A DNA stretch of 64,000 nucleotides from Gemmatimonadota bacterium (lineage in GTDB: Bacteria; Gemmatimonadota; Gemmatimonadetes; Gemmatimonadales; GWC2-71-9), in NCBI GenBank assembly GCA_039588295.1, contig JBDHAB010000019.1, forward strand, positions 41,834 through 105,833, given 5' to 3'. The translations under genes were made by a program, and so were the position numbers. Under the pieces are notes generated by a model. It had not been told where the DNA came from and made no database searches. It saw only the letters and a list, made by a program, of their open reading frames with translations. The stretch's first letter is position 1. Every line of letters starts with the position of its first letter. This document shows, piece by piece, positions 58,441-64,000 of this stretch.

Positions 58441-59903
58441 AATCGCTGCACGACATTGTTGCCGCTTTGAGGGCGGCGGACCTGCTGGTCCGGGCCCCGG
58501 AATCGTCCGTCTCCATCACCAGCATCACCGATGATTCGCGCAACGCGGCTCCGGGCACGCTCTTCTGCGCCGTGGAAGGAACGACAGACGATGGCCACCG
58601 CTACGTGGCGGATGCGGTATCCCGGGGCGCCAGCGCTGTAGTTCTCGTAACGCCCGTAGACGCACCGGTGCCGCAAATCGTGGTCCGGGAGAGCCGCTCG
58701 GCCGTGAGCCTGGTTGCCGGAGAGTGGTATGGGCGACCGGCGGACGATCTGACGGTAGCCGGCGTGACGGGCACCAACGGCAAGACGACCACCGTCGCGT
58801 ACCTCTGCCACCTCCTGAACGCGGATCGAGCCGCGGGGTCAATTGGCACCCTCGGGGCCTACGACAGTGCCGGAGAGCCACTGGACGGATATGGGAATCT
58901 GACGACCCCCGGGGCTATCGAACTCCATCGGGCGTTGGCGCAATTGCGCAGCCGCGGTGTTCGTCGCGTCGTGATGGAGGCGTCGTCACATGCCCTCGAC
59001 CAGCGGCGGCTGGAGACACTGCGGCTCCAGGCTGCCGTGTACACCAACCTGACCCAGGACCACCTGGACTACCACCGAACGCTCGCAGCCTATCGCACCG
59101 CCAAGGAGCGGCTCTCGGACCAGCTCGAGGCCGGCGGCGTCGAGGTGGTCAACGCGGATGATGATGCGTGGCAAGGGCTTGCGCGGCGGGCGGGGGTGCG
59201 GCGTGTCAGCTATGGACGGCGCGAGCCCGCAGATGTGCGGGCCGAGGCCGTAACACTGGAATCGCAAGGATCGAGGGCGACCTTCGTATTCGCCGGTGTG
59301 GCGGTCCCGGTGCGGGTGCCGCTACTCGGTGACTTCAATGTCGATAATGCGCTTGCGGCCGCGGCGGCGGCGTGGGCGCTGGGCCATCACCCGGACGAGA
59401 TCGCAGCGCGGCTTGCGACCACGTCTCAGGTGCCCGGTCGGCTGGAACTGCTGGTCGCGAATGCGTACTCCATTATTCGCGATTACGCACACACGCCGGA
59501 CGCCCTGGAGCGGGTGCTAGCCGTACTGCGACAGTCGGTGCCCGGGCGCCTCATCGTCCTGTTCGGGGCGGGGGGAGATCGGGATCGCGGGAAGCGGCCC
59601 ATGATGGGCCGCGCGGTCGATCGAGTGGCCGATGTGGCCATTGTGACGTCGGACAACCCACGCACGGAGGCTCCGGATCGCATCATCGACGACGTCGTCG
59701 CCGGCATGGAGCGGTTGCCACTGGTGCGGATGACCGACCGTCGCGAGGCCATCGCGCACGGCGTGTCGCTGTTACGACCGGGTGACTGCCTCCTCCTCGC
59801 CGGCAAGGGCCACGAGACGCATCAGGTCATTGGGATGGAGCGAATCCCGTTTGACGAACGAGAGATCGTGCGGGCCTGCCTCTCCCACCGGGGGGCGACG
59901 TGA
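58437..59903 (+). CDS. murE: UDP-MurNAc-tripeptide synthetase (meso-DAP type)
   Basis: GTNGKTT, EASSH, DHLDYH, DYAHTPDAL, DNPR, AGKGHE. Confidence 0.96.
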   Translation: MKSLHDIVAALRAADLLVRAPESSVSITSITDDSRNAAPGTLFCAVEGTTDDGHRYVADAVSRGASAVVLVTPVDAPVPQIVVRESRSAVSLVAGEWYGRPADDLTVAGVTGTNGKTTTVAYLCHLLNADRAAGSIGTLGAYDSAGEPLDGYGNLTTPGAIELHRALAQLRSRGVRRVVMEASSHALDQRRLETLRLQAAVYTNLTQDHLDYHRTLAAYRTAKERLSDQLEAGGVEVVNADDDAWQGLARRAGVRRVSYGRREPADVRAEAVTLESQGSRATFVFAGVAVPVRVPLLGDFNVDNALAAAAAAWALGHHPDEIAARLATTSQVPGRLELLVANAYSIIRDYAHTPDALERVLAVLRQSVPGRLIVLFGAGGDRDRGKRPMMGRAVDRVADVAIVTSDNPRTEAPDRIIDDVVAGMERLPLVRMTDRREAIAHGVSLLRPGDCLLLAGKGHETHQVIGMERIPFDEREIVRACLSHRGAT

Positions 59904-61246
59904 CATCCTGGACGAGTTCACGGGTCGCGCAGGTCCTCCACACCGCCGTTCCATCCGAAGTCGAGTTCTCTGCGGTCAGTACCGATACGCGCACACTTGA
60001 GCCGGGCGCGCTGTTCGTCGCGTTGGTCGGTGAGCGATTCGACGGGCATGCCTTTCTGGTGGATGCCCAGCGCGGTGGTGCACTCGGAGCGGTTGTGCAG
60101 GTTGGGAGGGACGTTCCCGACGGCCTCATCAGTTTCGCAGTGGAGGACACGCTCACGGCGCTGGGAGACCTGGCCCACGACCGCCGACGATGCGTCACTG
60201 GCCCTGTCGTGGCAGTCACGGGGACGAACGGGAAGACGGCGACGAAGGAGATGCTGGCGCGTGCGCTCGGGACGCACTGGCAGGTGCACGCCACGCAGGG
60301 CAACCTCAATAATTTGATCGGTGTTCCCCTCACCATTCTGTCGGCGCCTCCCGCGACCGAGGCCCTCGTGGTCGAAATCGGGGCCAGTGTGCCGGGCGAG
60401 GTCGCGCGTCTCCGCGACGTGACGGAGCCAACGATCGCCGTGGTGACGAACGTGGCCTCGGGCCACCTCGAGGGTTTCGGTACGCTCGACGACGTGTTGC
60501 GAGAGAAGGTTTCCCTCCTGGAGGGTGCCCCAACAGCGGTGGTTGGCACCACCCCGCCGGAGCTCGCCCACCGTGCGCGTGCGGTGGCGCAGCACGTGGT
60601 GACGGCCGGCGCGGATGAGGAGGCCGGGGTGCACCCCGACCGGTGGGCGATCCGGGTGGACGGTGCCGCGGAAATCGTGGTGCGGGGCATTGCGATGACG
60701 CTGCCCATCGTTGGCAAGCATCAGGTGGACAACGCGATGCTCGCCCTGGCCGTGGCGGCCGAGCTCGGTCTGGACCTCGTGGAAGTGGCCGCCGCCGTCG
60801 CCGCCGTCTCGCTTCCCCCCGGACGCTGCCAGGTGCTCCGTCACGGTAGCCTCACCGTGTTGCACGACGCGTACAATGCGAACCCGGGATCTGTGGCGGC
60901 TGCATTGGAGTCCGCGGAGGCCCTGCGGACCGGCCGCAAGTTCGTGGTGGTGTTGGGGTCCATGCTGGAGCTGGGTGGGCAGAGCACGGCGCTCCATGAG
61001 GAGGTGGCGGATCGGGTCCTCGCGGCGGACCCGGACCTCATCGCAGTCACCGGGCAGTTCGTGCCGGCGTTCCGACGGCACGCATCACTTCTCGGAGAGC
61101 GGTTGCTCACGGCGGACGACCCCCCCACTTTGGGTAAGCGTCTGGCAGGACGCCTCGAGGGGACCGAGGTAGTGCTGGTGAAAGCCTCCCGCGGCATTCG
61201 GCTGGAACGGGCGATCCCGTACCTCATTCCGGGTGGCGACGGCTAG
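59900..61246 (+). CDS. murF: UDP-MurNAc-pentapeptide synthetase
   Basis: GERFDGH, GTNGKTATKEM, NLNNLIGVP, DAYNANP, MLELG, KASRG. Confidence 0.96.
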   Translation: MTSWTSSRVAQVLHTAVPSEVEFSAVSTDTRTLEPGALFVALVGERFDGHAFLVDAQRGGALGAVVQVGRDVPDGLISFAVEDTLTALGDLAHDRRRCVTGPVVAVTGTNGKTATKEMLARALGTHWQVHATQGNLNNLIGVPLTILSAPPATEALVVEIGASVPGEVARLRDVTEPTIAVVTNVASGHLEGFGTLDDVLREKVSLLEGAPTAVVGTTPPELAHRARAVAQHVVTAGADEEAGVHPDRWAIRVDGAAEIVVRGIAMTLPIVGKHQVDNAMLALAVAAELGLDLVEVAAAVAAVSLPPGRCQVLRHGSLTVLHDAYNANPGSVAAALESAEALRTGRKFVVVLGSMLELGGQSTALHEEVADRVLAADPDLIAVTGQFVPAFRRHASLLGERLLTADDPPTLGKRLAGRLEGTEVVLVKASRGIRLERAIPYLIPGGDG

Positions 61247-62370
61247 TGCTCTACCATCTTTTCGCACCGCTGTCTTCGGACCTCATCATTTTCAACCTCT
61301 TCAACTACATCACCTTCCGTGCGGCGGGCGCGGCGGTGACAGCCATTGTCATGGCGTTCATGGTGGGCCCCCCAATCATTCGCAGGCTGCGGGGGCGGAA
61401 CGTGGGACAGGTAATACGCGCCGAAGGGCCGGCATCGCACCAATCGAAGCGTGGCACACCAACCATGGGCGGCATCATCATTCTGGCCAGCACATTGGTG
61501 CCGACGCTTCTGTGGGCTCCCTTGAACAATCGATTCGTCATGGTGGCGACCATCGCGACACTGTGGATGGGCTGCATCGGGTTCGTCGACGACTACTTGA
61601 AGTTCATCGAGGGGAAGCCGCGAGGACTGGTTGCCCGGCACAAGCTCGTCGGGCAGGTGACCTTCGGTGTGGTGCTGGGAGCGTACTTGCTGCTGCAACC
61701 GTTGTGGGGAGACGTCGTGCCTGCAAACGCGACGACGCTCCCGTTCATCAAGTACGTGCTCGTTTCGCTGCCGATCCTCCTGTACATCGGGTTCGTGACG
61801 TTCATCGTCACGGGTTTCAGCAATGCGGTCAATCTGACCGATGGGTTGGACGGGCTCGCGACGGGACTCACGGCGATCGCGGCGGCGGCCTTCGCCGTGT
61901 TTGCATACGTGTTTGGTCGGGTGGACACCGCCGAGTACCTCTTTGTGTACTATCTGCCTGGGGCCGGGGAACTCGCGATCTTCTGTGCCAGCCTCATGGG
62001 AGCCGCGCTTGGCTTCCTGTGGTTCAACTCGCACCCGGCGGAAGTCTTTATGGGGGATACCGGGAGCCTCGCCATCGGTGGTGCGTTTGGCACGGTGGCG
62101 ATTCTCCTGAAATCGGAGTTCCTCTTGCTGCTGGTCGGTGGAGTGTTCGTTGCTGAAACGACGTCGGTCATTCTGCAGACCAGCGTCTATCGCTGGCGTA
62201 AGCGGAGGAGAGGGAGGGAGTACGCCGATCAGCATCGGGTGTTCCGCATGGCCCCGCTCCACCATCATTTCGAGAAGCTCGGGTGGCCGGAATCCAAGGT
62301 CGTAGCCCGGTTCTACATCATCGGCATCCTCTGTGCCCTGTTCGCGCTCTCTACGCTGAAGATTCGATGA
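61246..62370 (+). CDS. mraY: Phospho-MurNAc-pentapeptide transferase
   Basis: KRGTPTMGG, DDYLK, NAVNLTDGLDGL, FMGDTGS, MAPLHHHFE. Confidence 0.97.
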   Translation: MLYHLFAPLSSDLIIFNLFNYITFRAAGAAVTAIVMAFMVGPPIIRRLRGRNVGQVIRAEGPASHQSKRGTPTMGGIIILASTLVPTLLWAPLNNRFVMVATIATLWMGCIGFVDDYLKFIEGKPRGLVARHKLVGQVTFGVVLGAYLLLQPLWGDVVPANATTLPFIKYVLVSLPILLYIGFVTFIVTGFSNAVNLTDGLDGLATGLTAIAAAAFAVFAYVFGRVDTAEYLFVYYLPGAGELAIFCASLMGAALGFLWFNSHPAEVFMGDTGSLAIGGAFGTVAILLKSEFLLLLVGGVFVAETTSVILQTSVYRWRKRRRGREYADQHRVFRMAPLHHHFEKLGWPESKVVARFYIIGILCALFALSTLKIR

Positions 62371-63716
62371 TCCCCGACGCCTGGCGGCGCCACGAGGTCG
62401 CGGTCGTTGGACTCGGACGTAGCGGCGTCGCGGCCGCCACGTATCTGGTGCGCCGCGGGGTGGCCGTGTATGCGTCCGATGCTGCGCAGAGCGCCGATCT
62501 CGAGGCTGCAGCGCGTGCGCTGCGGTCACAGGGTGTCACGGTGGAGCTGGGCCGCCACGATCTGCTGCGAATCGCCGCCGCAGCGGCGGTTGTGGTCTCA
62601 CCGGGTGTGCCGCCCGCTGCCGCTCCGGTCTCCGCGGCGCGAAATGCTGGCGTGGAGATCGTGGCCGAGTTGGATCTGGGGGCCCGGGCGCTCGAGGACA
62701 CGCGACTGGCCGTGGTGACGGGCACCAACGGAAAGACGACGACGACGGCGCTCCTCGCGCACCTCCTGGCAGAATCGGGTGTTCGAGCCGCCGCCGCCGG
62801 CAACATCGGTCGGCCACTGACCGACCTCGCCGATGAGTCGCCGCGGTTCGACTGGATCGCGGTCGAAGCGTCGTCGTTCCAACTACACGATGCTCCACAC
62901 TTGGCTCCCGCGATTGGTGTGGTGACGAATCTCGCGCCCAACCACCTGGATCGGTATCCGAGCGTTGACGCCTACTATGCGGATAAGCGGCTCCTCTTTC
63001 GCAACGCGTCGGACTCATCCGTGTGGATCCTGAACGGTGATGATCCGGCCGTACTCGAACTCGCTAGGGGAGCGTCAGGTACGACGCAGCGCTGGAGTCT
63101 CCAGAATCGGTCCGAGGCGTGGTTCGATCGTGACGCGGGCAAGCTCGTCTGCAGGGGGTGTGTCGTCATCTCGCGGCGGGATCTGGCCTTGCTCGGCGAT
63201 CACAACGTGGCGAATGCCCTCGCCGCGACACTCGCCGCGACAGCGGCAGGCTGCCCGGTGAAGGACGTTGCGCAAGGGCTCGCCGGGTTTGCACCACCGC
63301 GGCACCGCCTCGAACCCGTCGGGACCATCCGGGACGTCCTATGGATCAACGATTCCAAAGCCACGAACGTTGCGGCAACGACCGTTGCGTTGCGCGCGAT
63401 GACACGGCCGTTCGTGCTCATCCTGGGCGGGCGGCCGAAAGGTGAGCCATTCGATGTGTTGAGCCCGCTCCTCGCCCCGGCGTGTCGCGGTGTGATCGCC
63501 TATGGGGAGGCCGCGGACCGGATCACGCTGGAGCTGACGGGGACCGTCCTGGCTGAGCGGGTGCCCCAGTTCGACGCGGCGGTCGAGCGGGCGAGGTCCA
63601 TGGCCGAACTCGGGGACGCGGTTCTCCTGTCCCCGGCCTGCGCGAGCTTCGATCAGTTCTCGGGCTACGAGGAGCGTGGCGACCGGTTCCGCAACTTGGT
63701 GGAGGCCATGGCATGA
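62367..63716 (+). CDS. murD: UDP-MurNAc-L-Ala-D-Glu ligase
   Basis: GLGRSG, GTNGKTTT, GNIG, SSFQL, HLDRY, NDSKATN, SPACASFDQF. Confidence 0.96.
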   Translation: MIPDAWRRHEVAVVGLGRSGVAAATYLVRRGVAVYASDAAQSADLEAAARALRSQGVTVELGRHDLLRIAAAAAVVVSPGVPPAAAPVSAARNAGVEIVAELDLGARALEDTRLAVVTGTNGKTTTTALLAHLLAESGVRAAAAGNIGRPLTDLADESPRFDWIAVEASSFQLHDAPHLAPAIGVVTNLAPNHLDRYPSVDAYYADKRLLFRNASDSSVWILNGDDPAVLELARGASGTTQRWSLQNRSEAWFDRDAGKLVCRGCVVISRRDLALLGDHNVANALAATLAATAAGCPVKDVAQGLAGFAPPRHRLEPVGTIRDVLWINDSKATNVAATTVALRAMTRPFVLILGGRPKGEPFDVLSPLLAPACRGVIAYGEAADRITLELTGTVLAERVPQFDAAVERARSMAELGDAVLLSPACASFDQFSGYEERGDRFRNLVEAMA

Positions 63717-64000
63717 GGTGGCAGGTGGATTCGGGGGGAGTGTGGGAGAGCCGCCTGCTGGGCATCCTGGCCGCGACACTCGCGGTGTTCGGTGTGGCGG
63801 CAGTGTATGGCGCGTCGAGTATCTGGGCGGTTCGACATGGTGATCCGGGCGGCATGTACGCCGTTCGCCAACTGGAGGGAGTCGCGGTCGGTCTGGTGCT
63901 GCTCCTCGTGGGAGCACGAGTCGACTACCACCACTGGCGTGGCCTGGCGTGGCCCTTCCTCGGCCTCATCGCGCTCCTCCTCCTGATCCTGTTGCTGCCG
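63713..64000 (+). CDS. ftsW: FtsW peptidoglycan glycosyltransferase (3' truncated by the window)
   Basis: ATGA overlap with murD; LAVFGVAAVYGAS..RQL..DYHHW TM pattern; dcw position. Confidence 0.85.
   Translation, partial: MRWQVDSGGVWESRLLGILAATLAVFGVAAVYGASSIWAVRHGDPGGMYAVRQLEGVAVGLVLLLVGARVDYHHWRGLAWPFLGLIALLLLILLLP

Noticed and set aside
1..64000. CRISPR array, transposase, reverse transcriptase or defence system
   Set aside because: No regularly spaced repeats or diagnostic protein motifs were seen

Overview
High-GC bacterial chromosomal window; the gene set and protein sequences suggest Gemmatimonadota, which is an inference. Bases 1-26 kb are mixed-strand accessory and housekeeping genes: acyl-CoA dehydrogenase, OmpA lipoprotein, S46 and M28 peptidases, a VKOR-DsbA fusion, class I fumarase, several lipoproteins and a PAS3-REC protein. 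This part also holds an intact, translationally coupled gatE-gatD pair; GatDE is classically regarded as an archaea-specific Glu-tRNA(Gln) amidotransferase. Bases 26-64 kb are all on the + strand. They run tilS-ftsH-folP-cdaA-DUF2723-yggS-divIVA-punA-ileS (type 2, GXHH motif)-dksA-like-lspA-rluD. Next is an ~11.4 kb tightly overlapping cluster: a large TPR protein, two DUF4388/MshEN-like/TPR proteins, three roadblock-domain genes including mglB, the mglA GTPase, a tandem double DnaA-type AAA+ ATPase lacking the DNA-binding domain, another TPR protein and a gluzincin-like protein. tRNA-Val, a TPR gene, tRNA-Asp and the dcw cluster (rsmH-ftsL-ftsI-murE-murF-mraY-murD-ftsW) close the window. The best candidates for novelty are the MglAB + double-DnaA-AAA+ + MshEN module and the bacterial GatDE. 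No CRISPR array, integrase or transposase was seen.
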